Below are positions 17,665 to 28,208 of a DNA stretch of 64,000 bases, piece by piece. Below the pieces are notes generated by a model. It did not search any database, was not told the DNA's origin, and saw only the letters and a list, made by a program, of their open reading frames with translations. The first letter of the stretch is position 1. Every line of letters begins with the position of its first letter. The stretch covers positions 256,001 through 320,000 of IMG/VR virus record IMGVR_UViG_3300028048_000038, one strand, 5' to 3'. Source of the DNA: a virus (lineage: Duplodnaviria > Caudoviricetes). The position numbers and the translations under genes are program-made.

Positions 17665-20600
17665 TCATGGATGTGGAACATCGCTTTGTCTTACATTATT
17701 CATGTAGTTATAGCCACTAGCCTCAGAAGATTCGTCTGTTGAGTAATTGGTCTTATAACCAGCTGCTTCTGCCTTTGCTTTAGCCTCTGTATCACTTGGA
17801 CTGTAGTACAAACCGCAATCCCAAATATTACTCAAATATAGACCATTCTGCATAGAATCTATTGATGGTGTAGTTCCACTAGGACCTTCTTGTACACATG
17901 CAATTCTAAGAACGTTGGTATCAGTGAATTCGTTGGTTGTTGGGTCAATGTAATCACCAGTCAAATCATCAATAATTACGTCATCATCGGTTTGTTCTGA
18001 GAATCTACCACGAGAAAGTCTTGCGTGAACTTGCATCTTTCTGTTTGCTCCATCCTCAACCCATTCTGATTCAGTTGAACAAGTCTTTCCGCTTACCCAC
18101 ATTGTGAGAAGTTCACAAATCTGGTCATTAAGCATTTGGTCAGCCTCGTTGAATGAAGTTGCAGCACTGATAATACAAGCGCCTACATATGGTTGATATC
18201 TTGCACCCTCTCCACACTCTGGTAACATTGAACCCTCGCCATAAAGCATTTCATATATCTTATTGGCTTTCTTGTCAATACATTCAACATCGTCTGAAGA
18301 TTCATCTATCTTTGATTCAACTCTAGCTAGATTTTGGTCTAAGATAAAGTCTGCATTACTGAAAGATGTTGCACTATTAGTGTATTTTCCTTGTGGATTT
18401 GGCTCGTATCTATATCCTTCTCCACACTCTTGTCCTATCTGATGACCTAAGACTACATTCTCAAGAACCTTAAGTTCGTTCTTGGTACATTCAGCAGTTT
18501 CCTCTGCTTCGCTCATTGCAGATGAAGAAACGTAGAGTCCGTTATTAACAATCTGAACAGCATTATCTGGTAGGTTTGTTAACAATATACGTCCGCTAAG
18601 TTTGTCTTGTCCTCCAGGTTCTACCGATGGGGTCTTTGTCAACTCTACAGCACTATTCTCAGATGCATTATATGTATCCCACTCATTGAACAACTCTGCT
18701 ACTGGGAAACTAACCGTATGTACACCACCATTACCGTCATGATAGGTTATCACTAAGGCTTTATTGGTTGAATCGTATACAAGACTATCAATTACAGTAG
18801 CACCAGCAAGTTGATACTCCTCTTCTCCTGCTGTTGTAGTAAGCTTAATCTTGTTTGTGCCAGTATCGTATGATAGATGAGCTGTTGCATACAAGCCTTG
18901 ACCAAGTTTGATTAAGTTGTCACCCCCTTGAATCTTCACATTTGCCTTAACCACGTTGTTTTCTTCACTTGGAATGTTGAAGTCGATTGATGTGGTGTCA
19001 TCAAATGTTAGGGTTGCATCGATAATCATCTGTTCAAGTTCGGCATCCTTTGCTTGTCTTGCTTGCGTTTCTGCTGTTAGAGCGTTTGACAAGTTCGTGT
19101 CAGCATTTTCTCTGTTGTTCTTTTCAGTCTCCAATGCCTCTGAAATGGTATTTTCAGCAACTTGTGCTCTTGAAACCTCTTGATTGATTCTTGATGATAA
19201 ATCTGCATCTGCAACTGTTCTGTCAGAAGTCTCGTCAGCAATCTTCTGATAAAGTTCATTATCAGCGTTCTGTGCTCTAAGTGTCTCAGTGACGATTGCT
19301 GCATTAAGTTCGCCTTCCTTGGTTTGCGCCCTAGAAATCTCAGCCTCAAGCCTTGTATCAAGTCTTTGTTCGGTTTCTCTTGCACGTGCCTCTTCGGAAT
19401 CAATCTTGGTGTCGAGTATTTCTTCAGCATTTTCAGCCCTTGATGTTTCATCATCAATAAGATGTGAAAGGTTGTTGATTGATGTCTGTAATGCAGTTTC
19501 AGCACTGATTGCACGAGTGACTTCAGTATCAATCTTAGAGTTAAGAGTGTTCTCTTCTGATTCTGCACGATTGATTTCGCTAGTCAAATCACTTCTCAAC
19601 TGTGCGATTGCACTCTTATTATCTTCAATCTGTTGACCAGATACATAAAGTGCGCCATGCTCATTTTTAAGTATATTGTCATCATGAGCTGTAGTTATAA
19701 CAACCTCACCAGATAGTTTATCCTTTCCGTCAATTACTCTCTGCCTATTGAGTTTAATTGCGCTGTTTGGGTCATTGTACACTTCCCACTCTTGGAAAAT
19801 CTCTCCAAGTGGAATACGGAGTTCCTTCTGTTCAGAACCACTATGATACTTAATGATAAGAGTCTCAGTGGTTGGGTCATATTCCATGCCATCGATTATT
19901 GACACGCTATTAAGCTGAATCTCTTTGCTAACATTCTCAGTAGAAGCATTATCAGATTTTGTAAGAGTCAACTTATTGGTATCAGGATTGTAATTCAAGT
20001 CGATGAAATTATACAAGCCATCATGTTCAAGTCTAAGGGTGTTATTAGGCTCAATTGCGCTTAAGTTAACCTTTACGACCTTTGTAATGTTATCTTCATC
20101 TGAAGAACCAGTAGTGGAAACATCAATTGAATTATCAGTGTTAATGACATCCTTTATACTCTTGTGTGCGCTATCCTTAACAGCATCAACTTCATCTCTT
20201 ACTGTATTACGAGCACCAAATCCATCGCCAATCTCTGTATCAATTGCATCAAGTCTTCCGTCATGCTCAGTATCCTTCGCTTCTGAACGGTCAATCTCAC
20301 CTTGAAGCTTGTCAGCCTCTGAATTAACTTGGTTTTGTAACTGTTCAAACTTGTATGTCACTGTCTCATGTGCATCTGTTGAGAAGCCATTGCCAATTGT
20401 GGTGTCAATTCTACCTTCCTCTCTAGTTGCACGAGCTGTCTCAGAATCAATTTTGTTGTTCAAGGTTTCTTCTGCATTCTCTGCTCTAGCAATTTCCAAG
20501 TTAATCTTATTGTCAAGAGCATAGTCAATTTCATGAAGAGTATCAATCTCTTTCTTAACATTTGAATCCTCACCATGTCTGATATTGTCAGAAGTACCCT

Positions 20601-22029
20601 TTACGAACAACTCATGATTTTTATCAACCAAGATGTTATCTGGGTCATTGAATATCTTTGCGTCTGCTGAAACCTTATCGTTTCCGCTAACCTTTCTAAC
20701 CTTAATGAGCTTAATGTTGTGACCTTCATTTTGAACTTCCCATTCCCAATCACGAATCATGTCACCAATTGGTATTTCAACAAACTGTGTAACTCCCTTG
20801 TTATCCTTATAGGTTACAATAAGAGCCTCCTTAGTTGGGTCATAGTAGATATGTTCAAAAAGCTCAACACTATTCAACAAGATTTCAGTTTTCTTTTCTC
20901 CGTTCTGTCCAGAAGTCTTAAAGACAAGCTTGTTGTCCTTAGATACATACTCTAGCTTAGATGAAGCGAAGAAACCATCTGTCTTTTCAGTGATTATATT
21001 GTCACTATCGCTTGAAAGTTTAATGTTTACAAGGTCATCGAGAGTATCTTTTACATTTGATAGCTCACCGTTTCTATAATAAACTATGTTAGATGCCTTA
21101 CCATCAACGTACAAGTATCTTCCATCACTTGTTCTCTGTAAGATGTTTGTTGATTTCTCCTTATCTAGAGGGAGTGGTTTGCCTTGCTCATCAAACTCTT
21201 CGTCCTTAATTCTTACGTTAGCTTTAAGAACGTCTTGCCAAGGTTCAAGTCTTGAATATTCTTCAGTACCATACTTAACCTCTTCCTTGGTAAGAATGAC
21301 TGGAGACTTAGCGGCATCGCCAATAACATCCCATTCAGCGATAAGGTATTTGCAGTCCACAACAATTTCATCACCCTTCTTCATGTTGAAATGAAGTGAC
21401 TCGTCTTGTACACTATATCTTCCACTGATTAGATGGTCATCTGAAATGTCAACTGTGGTGGCGGAAAGAGTGCCATCGCTGTTACTAACAGTAAATGTAA
21501 ACTCTTCATTTTCCTTATCATAGTCAAGGTTAACGTACATGAATATACCGTCTGGTGTCACCATCAAGTTATCCTTATATCTTACATCATTGAAAATGTA
21601 AGAATCTGCCACCTTAACATCGCCACTTACATAAGTGCCATCATCTGTTTTATTGGCATATAAATTCAATGTCTCACTATCAAGTGGTACAATAGTAAGT
21701 GATTTTAAAGCCTTTTCAAGCTCCTCTTGCAAATCAGCAATTTCTTCCTCTGTTTTATCAATGTCGATGATACAGAATCTGTTCTCACTGTATTGAGTTC
21801 CCTCATTTGTGACAGAACCAATTGCCAAAATGATATGTGGATTTGTCTCATCCTCTTCATTCTTATATCTGAGAACTGTTGGCTCTGAGAACAAAGAATA
21901 CCCAAGAGTTCTGTCATTTACAGAAAGACCACTATCAGCAAATCTTATCTGACTCTTAATGTATCCAATAGCATCTTCCCTAGTCTCGAATACATTGCTG
22001 TGATGTCTAAATTGTAATCTATTATTCAT
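17665..22029 (-). CDS. large fibre-like virion protein (repeated beta modules + E..RA..E coiled coil)
   Basis: About four YD....L.I.Y...IP...EW modules; 18-aa-period coiled coil; two ECGEG.RY.P repeats. Confidence 0.7.
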   Translation of the reverse strand: MNNRLQFRHHSNVFETREDAIGYIKSQIRFADSGLSVNDRTLGYSLFSEPTVLRYKNEEDETNPHIILAIGSVTNEGTQYSENRFCIIDIDKTEEEIADLQEELEKALKSLTIVPLDSETLNLYANKTDDGTYVSGDVKVADSYIFNDVRYKDNLMVTPDGIFMYVNLDYDKENEEFTFTVSNSDGTLSATTVDISDDHLISGRYSVQDESLHFNMKKGDEIVVDCKYLIAEWDVIGDAAKSPVILTKEEVKYGTEEYSRLEPWQDVLKANVRIKDEEFDEQGKPLPLDKEKSTNILQRTSDGRYLYVDGKASNIVYYRNGELSNVKDTLDDLVNIKLSSDSDNIITEKTDGFFASSKLEYVSKDNKLVFKTSGQNGEKKTEILLNSVELFEHIYYDPTKEALIVTYKDNKGVTQFVEIPIGDMIRDWEWEVQNEGHNIKLIKVRKVSGNDKVSADAKIFNDPDNILVDKNHELFVKGTSDNIRHGEDSNVKKEIDTLHEIDYALDNKINLEIARAENAEETLNNKIDSETARATREEGRIDTTIGNGFSTDAHETVTYKFEQLQNQVNSEADKLQGEIDRSEAKDTEHDGRLDAIDTEIGDGFGARNTVRDEVDAVKDSAHKSIKDVINTDNSIDVSTTGSSDEDNITKVVKVNLSAIEPNNTLRLEHDGLYNFIDLNYNPDTNKLTLTKSDNASTENVSKEIQLNSVSIIDGMEYDPTTETLIIKYHSGSEQKELRIPLGEIFQEWEVYNDPNSAIKLNRQRVIDGKDKLSGEVVITTAHDDNILKNEHGALYVSGQQIEDNKSAIAQLRSDLTSEINRAESEENTLNSKIDTEVTRAISAETALQTSINNLSHLIDDETSRAENAEEILDTKIDSEEARARETEQRLDTRLEAEISRAQTKEGELNAAIVTETLRAQNADNELYQKIADETSDRTVADADLSSRINQEVSRAQVAENTISEALETEKNNRENADTNLSNALTAETQARQAKDAELEQMIIDATLTFDDTTSIDFNIPSEENNVVKANVKIQGGDNLIKLGQGLYATAHLSYDTGTNKIKLTTTAGEEEYQLAGATVIDSLVYDSTNKALVITYHDGNGGVHTVSFPVAELFNEWDTYNASENSAVELTKTPSVEPGGQDKLSGRILLTNLPDNAVQIVNNGLYVSSSAMSEAEETAECTKNELKVLENVVLGHQIGQECGEGYRYEPNPQGKYTNSATSFSNADFILDQNLARVESKIDESSDDVECIDKKANKIYEMLYGEGSMLPECGEGARYQPYVGACIISAATSFNEADQMLNDQICELLTMWVSGKTCSTESEWVEDGANRKMQVHARLSRGRFSEQTDDDVIIDDLTGDYIDPTTNEFTDTNVLRIACVQEGPSGTTPSIDSMQNGLYLSNIWDCGLYYSPSDTEAKAKAEAAGYKTNYSTDESSEASGYNYMNNVRQSDVPHP

Positions 22030-22052
22030 TGCTTTATATTGTTTCTACATTA

Positions 22053-24347
22053 TTAAATTTCGCCAAAGTCCGCATCGAACTTAATCTTTACAAAGTGCTC
22101 ATCAATACCATCCTTTGACTTAAGAACTAGATTGTATTCATCCTTTTCAACTGCTGTTGAAAGGGTGTAGTCCTCACTAGTGTCGATGGTTTGACCAGAA
22201 ATTTCATCTTCAGCAGCCTTTGCTCTCTCAATTTCCTCGAAAAGCTCTTCCTCGATTTCATCCTCTCTAGCTGTTGCTCTCTCGGTTTCAGCTTCAATCT
22301 TCTCGTCAAGTATTGTTTCAGCACTGATAGCTCTCTCGATTTCAGCCTCAATCTTTTCATCAAGCATTGTCTCAGCACTGATGGCTCTTGCCGTTTCAGC
22401 TTCAATCTTCTCGTCAAGTATTGTTTCAGCACTGATAGCTCTCTCGATTTCAGCCTCAATCTTTTCATCAAGCATTGTTTCAGCACTGATAGCCCTTGCA
22501 ATCTCAGCATCTAGGTCTTCACGAAGTGTATCAACAGCTCCAGATATGAATCTATCAGCCTCAATACGTTCCATGCGCTCGTTGCTTATTCTGCGGCAAA
22601 GCATTTCATCAGCCCTCTCACGCTCATAACGTTCCTCATCAATCATAGGAACAATTATATGAAGAACTCTCTCTACAACAAGGTCATCTGTATTTTTCAA
22701 AACCTTATCACAGCCATCATCAGAAAGATATACTCTATACTCAATGTTTGTTTGTGAAACCTTTGGTATTTCAACTTCGATGCAACGCTCGATACCTTCT
22801 CCATCAACCCAACAAACAATTGTTGTATCACCACTAGTCTTATCAAAGCATGGATTCTCGATTACAATTGTAGTTCCTTCCTCCATAACCTTCTTTTCCC
22901 AATAAGTACCATTGAATTCATTAATGAACATTTCTACTCTCTTCTCGTTTGGAAGATTGCCATTATTAGGAACTAAAACCTCTGGTGTCTTGTTGCTCTC
23001 ATCGAGATTATCGATTGTTACAAATCCTTTCTTATCAGCAAAGTTGCTCGCAAGCCAAATCTGTCCACTCTGTGGGAAAAGGATAGCCTTATACATCACA
23101 CCATTGATGTATTCAGCATCACGATAGTTAGAGCCATCATAGTTCTTAACCAATCTCACTGAATAATATGGGTCTGGACATTCAGCAACTTGATATACGC
23201 CACTCTTGTCATAGTCAAATACCTTTACATAGGTATCTTGTCCTAGACCTAAATCAGTGGTTGTCCAAAAAGCAGTAGTTTCCTTAAAACCTTCTGAACG
23301 TTGACTACCCCTAACAAATGTAGAAACACCACTTGGCAATATTGTCATACCAAAGTTGTCAGTTCCAACTGGATTTATTTCTACCTCATTAGGCATGTCA
23401 TTAACCTCATCCCAATCGAATGGATAATCCTCGGTGGGCGTTTCATCTACGGTTGTGCAACCAGTGTATGGTCTCTTTCCAGTACAAGTGCATTCGTATT
23501 CAGAGTTAACCCATCCGCATTCTGACTTTAAGTACTTACCAGCAAGTTTACCCAACTCAATGTGGCACTGAGCTGATGTATGATTTCTATAATTACAAGG
23601 TTCAATTGAATTAAGAAGTGCATCCCAATCTGCCTTTGAAGGAACACGCCAATAGTTCTCCCTATCACCAACTTCCTTCCTAATCTCTTCTCTTTCATAC
23701 TCATTGTCAAGAATCTCTTGTATCTTCTTAACACCTTCACCATTGTAAAGATAACCGTAATCGTTAACATATTCCTTGGTAACAAATCTTGTTTGATATT
23801 TTGCATTCTTAGGCAGTTCACTACCATCTGTCAAGTCCAATACCTTGTCAGCTGGAGCCAACATACCAGTTTTCTCAACACCAGCAAGACCAAGAGGTGC
23901 TTTCATAGTACCTATACCCTTAAGCGAACTATCAGAAATAACCTTAGTGAGAATGTCATGACCAATAACATCAACAAGGTTGTCAGCCGTGATTATATTC
24001 TCAATAACAAGATTATGTTCACCTTCATCATCTTTATAAGATAATCTTAATGTTTTACCTTTCTGGTAATCTTTTTCACTTGCAACGAACTCATATGTAA
24101 GATTCTTACAATGTCCTGTATCAGTGTTAATGTCTACAATTATCTTTGCATCATCATTTGTTGTAATGATTAGTTTTCCTTCTGCTTTACATTCATCTTC
24201 CCTAACAAATGTAGCATCCTTAATATCTGCATTTTTTAAGTTAAGGAAATTCTGGTCAATTTGATTTATGGTCAATTTGCAGTTGGCAGTAAAGTCGTCC
24301 TTGTAAGGAGATACTAACTTGTAGTACACAAGACCTCTATCACTCAT
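22053..24347 (-). CDS. fibre-like virion protein with a FISUMP (Fib_succ_major)-like domain
   Basis: YGYLYN, WRVPSKADWDAL, AGKYLKS..GW, FGMTILPSG, FWTTT, YSVRLVK; C-terminal coiled-coil repeats. Confidence 0.7.
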   Translation of the reverse strand: MSDRGLVYYKLVSPYKDDFTANCKLTINQIDQNFLNLKNADIKDATFVREDECKAEGKLIITTNDDAKIIVDINTDTGHCKNLTYEFVASEKDYQKGKTLRLSYKDDEGEHNLVIENIITADNLVDVIGHDILTKVISDSSLKGIGTMKAPLGLAGVEKTGMLAPADKVLDLTDGSELPKNAKYQTRFVTKEYVNDYGYLYNGEGVKKIQEILDNEYEREEIRKEVGDRENYWRVPSKADWDALLNSIEPCNYRNHTSAQCHIELGKLAGKYLKSECGWVNSEYECTCTGKRPYTGCTTVDETPTEDYPFDWDEVNDMPNEVEINPVGTDNFGMTILPSGVSTFVRGSQRSEGFKETTAFWTTTDLGLGQDTYVKVFDYDKSGVYQVAECPDPYYSVRLVKNYDGSNYRDAEYINGVMYKAILFPQSGQIWLASNFADKKGFVTIDNLDESNKTPEVLVPNNGNLPNEKRVEMFINEFNGTYWEKKVMEEGTTIVIENPCFDKTSGDTTIVCWVDGEGIERCIEVEIPKVSQTNIEYRVYLSDDGCDKVLKNTDDLVVERVLHIIVPMIDEERYERERADEMLCRRISNERMERIEADRFISGAVDTLREDLDAEIARAISAETMLDEKIEAEIERAISAETILDEKIEAETARAISAETMLDEKIEAEIERAISAETILDEKIEAETERATAREDEIEEELFEEIERAKAAEDEISGQTIDTSEDYTLSTAVEKDEYNLVLKSKDGIDEHFVKIKFDADFGEI
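22285..22508. repeat. coding tandem repeat, four 54-bp units in ABAB order (108-bp period)
   Basis: Encodes EAE(I/T)(E/A)RAISAET(M/I)LDEKI; sequence at 22286 recurs at 22394. Confidence 0.9.
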
Positions 24348-24455
24348 AATTTACTAATTATTTTTAATTTATTATTTTCCTTAAAAATAAATAGCAAAAA
24401 CATCTCCTTTATTATTGTTATTTAACAAATATTTATTATAAATCTTACAAAAATT

Positions 24456-24782
24456 ATGAAGCATCCAAAAGGATATTGGAAAAATAGGGAAAATATAATG
24501 GCTGAAGCTAAAAAGTATTCGACCAAGGAAGAGTTTCAGAAGGGGAATTTAACTGCTTTCCTTGCGGCCCATCGCTATGGGTTTATAGATGAGATGGAGT
24601 GGCTCGTTAAGCAGAAGCAACACAAGAATGGGTATTGGACTTATGAGCATATTGAGGAAGAGGCGTTGAAGTACAATACTAAGACAGAGTTCTTCAAGGG
24701 AAACCAAACAGCATATAGAAAAGCATTGGAAATGGGTGTCATAGATGATTTCTTCATGTTGAATGGTTATGTAGAAATGTGA
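24456..24782 (+). CDS. two-repeat putative DNA-binding protein without a nuclease domain
   Basis: GYW...E.I..EA.KY.TK.EF.KGN.TA...A...G.ID twice; late motif 24429-24437. Confidence 0.6.
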   Translation: MKHPKGYWKNRENIMAEAKKYSTKEEFQKGNLTAFLAAHRYGFIDEMEWLVKQKQHKNGYWTYEHIEEEALKYNTKTEFFKGNQTAYRKALEMGVIDDFFMLNGYVEM

Positions 24783-24785
24783 AAA

Positions 24786-24812
24786 ATGGAGATAGAATCG
24801 TCTATCTCCATT
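24786..24812. terminator. terminator between convergent genes
   Basis: AATGGAGATAGA-ATCG-TCTATCTCCATT. Confidence 0.75.
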
Positions 24813-24819
24813 CAATGTT

Positions 24820-25296
24820 TTAAAATGGTATTTTCTTTAGATTTCCATTATTTTCATAGTAGAACATTTCTCCGTTTTTAACAACAATGTTTGGCCACTT
24901 CTTATCATATCCGTGATAGTTTGCTCTACGAGCACGAACCCACATTCCAGCGTTTAGAACCTTCTGCTGTATTGGACTCAACTTGTCTTGGTTATCATAA
25001 AGCCACTGCATTTCCTTCTCAGAGAAGATATGGTCTTGTGACTCATGTTCTTTTAGAATATTCTTTACAGCTTCCATCACCATTCTGTGAAGGTCGTTCT
25101 CGGTCAATCTTATGATATTTTCCTCAACTTTCTCTGGAAGTCCCTTATGCTTTGTCTCAGCAAAATCCTTGACATCACTCATTGACATTCCATCTGCTGC
25201 TTTCTTTATCTTGCTGCTAGCATCCTTCATTTCACCCTTCTTATAGGCATCTACCATTCCGAAGAATCTCTGTTGCGCTTTACTTTTGCTTGGCAT
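24820..25296 (-). CDS. DUF3008-like domain + internal RLTENDLH tag
   Basis: MPSKSKAQQRFFGMV...DFAETKHKGLPEKV; IIRLTENDLHRMVMEAVKNILKE. Confidence 0.65.
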   Translation of the reverse strand: MPSKSKAQQRFFGMVDAYKKGEMKDASSKIKKAADGMSMSDVKDFAETKHKGLPEKVEENIIRLTENDLHRMVMEAVKNILKEHESQDHIFSEKEMQWLYDNQDKLSPIQQKVLNAGMWVRARRANYHGYDKKWPNIVVKNGEMFYYENNGNLKKIPF

Positions 25297-25323
25297 ATTA
25301 ATCTATTATTTTTATTTTTGTAA

Positions 25324-25938
25324 TTATTTAAGCTTAACTCTTATTAAAAAATCTTTCAAACAAGCATTCACATCATAATCTATATCTCTTACTATTGAAT
25401 ATAAATCATCACAGTCCAAATTCTGCGTCTTCAAGAATTCAACATCTTCATCATCACCATTTCCAAATGCTCTCTTTAGTTTCCTATTAAATGCATTCCC
25501 ATATGTAGGTATATACCCTCTGAAACGTTTTCCATCCCAATATATGAAAAACAATATAGGACACTCCCAATCACCGCCAGCGTAGCATTTCAGATATGTT
25601 ATACCTTTCCGTGTTTCCACTTTACCGATTGCACCAAGATTTTCGCAATCATAGTCTATCTTAGATATATCGTCTAGCAATGTTGACAATTCTTTAGGCT
25701 TATTGTTCTTGTAATTGTTACAAAACCTATATACAAAACTATCTAAGGAAAATTTTCTATCATCTTCTTTATTTCGTTCATAAATCTCTTTAATTTTTTC
25801 CTCAAATTCTTTTGCTGAAATCTTTGCTGCCGTTCTACCGCCATTAGGAAGTTCAACATCTAGATTAACAACATACCTTTTTCTACCGCCCTCTATAATT
25901 AATCTCAACTGAGATTCATTTAACATTATTCTTTTCAT
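25324..25938 (-). CDS. putative cargo protein with NESQ tag
   Basis: MKRIMLNESQLRLIIEG. Confidence 0.6.
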   Translation of the reverse strand: MKRIMLNESQLRLIIEGGRKRYVVNLDVELPNGGRTAAKISAKEFEEKIKEIYERNKEDDRKFSLDSFVYRFCNNYKNNKPKELSTLLDDISKIDYDCENLGAIGKVETRKGITYLKCYAGGDWECPILFFIYWDGKRFRGYIPTYGNAFNRKLKRAFGNGDDEDVEFLKTQNLDCDDLYSIVRDIDYDVNACLKDFLIRVKLK

Positions 25939-27901
25939 ACTTGTAATTATTCTCAATTATAAGTTGTTCCATAAAACAGTTATAAATTTTGAATGAAGAA
26001 ATATAACCGATAAAGGTTCCAGCAAAGTTCTTCTCAAGTGGATAAACCCTCGTTGGGTTTAACATATAGTTATACTGTATTGTTTCTGCAAGTCCTTGTG
26101 TTCCACCTCCAAGTGATATGTTATATGGTACACCTTCTTGCTTATCATATATCTCATTGAGAGCCTTTAGATTAAGCATCGGTAGTTCTTTAGAGATATA
26201 AACCAATTTTCCATTGACATAGAACATCAATTTCATCTTTCCGAATATAAATGAGATTCTCACATTAACCGTTGTCCATTCACAATTTGGTATTACATTC
26301 TCAAATGAATATCCCTCAATGATGCTTGTTTTGTCTCTTCCTTCCTTTTCACAGTCTATTGTAAGCATCCTATAACCTATTTCACCGTTATCTGTGATTC
26401 TAAAGGCTAGAGCGTTGTTATAGATATCATCATAAGGATTATATTCGTTTGCTGATTGGTCACGAAGTTCGTCTATGTTTGAAACGGTATAACCAGTCTT
26501 GGTGCGATTCATTAAGATGAATAGATTACCCTTAAATTTACTCTTGCGTCCAGCAAACATAAACTGTGTTCCTTCAACCCAGTTTGATACAGTCTTACCA
26601 GTCTTTGTTCTATCGAAGAAAAGGAATTTATTATCTGTATAGAAATAATATTGATTTGCTTCTGATAATTTAAAGCCATTGTCAGTGTAATATTCAAAGT
26701 CTGTAATATCAAGTTCTGGCTCAATATAAACCACAGCCTCTTCAAGTGACATTACCTCTCCGTTATCGAATATATAATCCTCACCAAATTCAGTTCCCAT
26801 CTTCAATGGGTTTGGGTCAAATACGTTTTTCTCTTTTGGTATCCTCTTATATGAGATTGGACAGCCACACCCATGAAACCAAGGCTTCAATATATATTCT
26901 TCCTCATCTGATTCTTCTCCACAGCACCAAGTAAGTCTCTTAAACGGAAGGTCACTATCACAAGGTATAACCTTTTGTTTCTTATCTGATACAACTTCAA
27001 TATAATATGACATATCATCCCAATCACATGGGTCATCCTCATAATATGAAGGGTCATAGTATTTGTAGTCGGTATAATCGCCAAGTTCGAATGGGTCATA
27101 CCCATCAAACTCTGGATTTGGGTCATAAAAATTTCCTATAATATAATCCTTTTTATCAATTTTACCATCTTCCACGAAGTCATCAACGCCTAGTTCATAG
27201 CAATCCTCAAGACCATCTACATCATCCTTATCATAGAGATAAATCCATTTATTTTCTGCCCTAGTGCCAACATAGAAGAATATACCCTTATTTTGAGGAT
27301 ACTTGTCATTCAATGTCTTGTCAGATTCCTTCTCCAAGTCGCATCTTTTCAAGGTGAACTCTAGATTAAGTGTATCTCCATGCTCAAATATTGTTGGAAG
27401 TATTTGGTATTTATCACATTCAGTCTTGAAAAAGCCTTGATAGAAGCCTCCATTAAGCTTTACGCATCCATTTTCCTTGTACAGTGGATAATCATACTGT
27501 AAGGTACTTCCACTAACGGCATGAAGCTTTAATCTGTAGTCATTCTCTTTTATCTTGAAATTGTTTTCTTGGAATATCTCCAAGAAATCTTTATTGGTTA
27601 TTCTGTCTTTTCTGAAGGTGAAGAGTCCGTTATCAACCCCAAGATATGTTATATTATATAAGGTATAACCAAGTGCCAATGATTTGTCCCACACATATCT
27701 GCTTTTACCATAAATCCAATTATCAGAATCGAAACATTCTTCATCTGACAAATCTATATATGATATAAGACATTTATCATACAAACCATCGTTAATCTTA
27801 AATGAGCCATAAGAATCCTTGTTAACGAAAAAGTCCCAATACTCATCCTCGTTAATTCTCAAATATAGATTATTGTAATTGTTTACCTTTAAATTTGCCA
27901 T
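25916..27901 (-). CDS. putative virion structural protein (beta-sandwich/LamG-like C-terminus)
   Basis: WTTVNV...LMFYVNGKLV...ISLGGG...FIGYISSFKIY; late motif upstream. Confidence 0.55.
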   Translation of the reverse strand: MANLKVNNYNNLYLRINEDEYWDFFVNKDSYGSFKINDGLYDKCLISYIDLSDEECFDSDNWIYGKSRYVWDKSLALGYTLYNITYLGVDNGLFTFRKDRITNKDFLEIFQENNFKIKENDYRLKLHAVSGSTLQYDYPLYKENGCVKLNGGFYQGFFKTECDKYQILPTIFEHGDTLNLEFTLKRCDLEKESDKTLNDKYPQNKGIFFYVGTRAENKWIYLYDKDDVDGLEDCYELGVDDFVEDGKIDKKDYIIGNFYDPNPEFDGYDPFELGDYTDYKYYDPSYYEDDPCDWDDMSYYIEVVSDKKQKVIPCDSDLPFKRLTWCCGEESDEEEYILKPWFHGCGCPISYKRIPKEKNVFDPNPLKMGTEFGEDYIFDNGEVMSLEEAVVYIEPELDITDFEYYTDNGFKLSEANQYYFYTDNKFLFFDRTKTGKTVSNWVEGTQFMFAGRKSKFKGNLFILMNRTKTGYTVSNIDELRDQSANEYNPYDDIYNNALAFRITDNGEIGYRMLTIDCEKEGRDKTSIIEGYSFENVIPNCEWTTVNVRISFIFGKMKLMFYVNGKLVYISKELPMLNLKALNEIYDKQEGVPYNISLGGGTQGLAETIQYNYMLNPTRVYPLEKNFAGTFIGYISSFKIYNCFMEQLIIENNYKYEKNNVK

Positions 27902-27923
27902 TATTTATAGATTATTTGCTTAA

Positions 27924-27937
27924 TATAAATATTTATA
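27924..27937. promoter_or_regulatory. palindromic bidirectional late promoter
   Basis: TATAAATATTTATA between divergent starts 27901 and 27958. Confidence 0.7.
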
Positions 27938-27957
27938 GCAAATAAAAGAATGGAATT

Positions 27958-28206
27958 ATGAAAATAATTAATTTGAATGAATCTCAGTACAGTAGGTTGT
28001 TTGAAAGCGTTACAGACCAAGACTTTGGAACTAGTACAGTTCCAGAATATGATGGTTTGGATAAGGTTGAGCTTCAGCCAACAATAACTGACAAAGATGG
28101 AAGTCCTAAGAAGGCTAATCCAATGGATACTGAGAAATTCGCAGATACACAATCTCCACAACAATGGGGTGCTGTAGGTGGTAGGAAATCATCAAATACA
28201 ATTTAA
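27958..28206 (+). CDS. small protein with NESQ tag
   Basis: MKIINLNESQYSRLFES. Confidence 0.65.
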   Translation: MKIINLNESQYSRLFESVTDQDFGTSTVPEYDGLDKVELQPTITDKDGSPKKANPMDTEKFADTQSPQQWGAVGGRKSSNTI

Positions 28207-28208
28207 CA

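Noticed and set aside
22285-22508. Tandem repeat as CRISPR or DGR template
   Set aside because: In-frame coding repeat without spacers; no reverse transcriptase in the window.
18956-24044. Many antisense and alternate-frame ORFs in the ORF track (also throughout the window)
   Set aside because: Shadows of long real genes, Ser/Leu/Phe-rich, without promoter or leader support.
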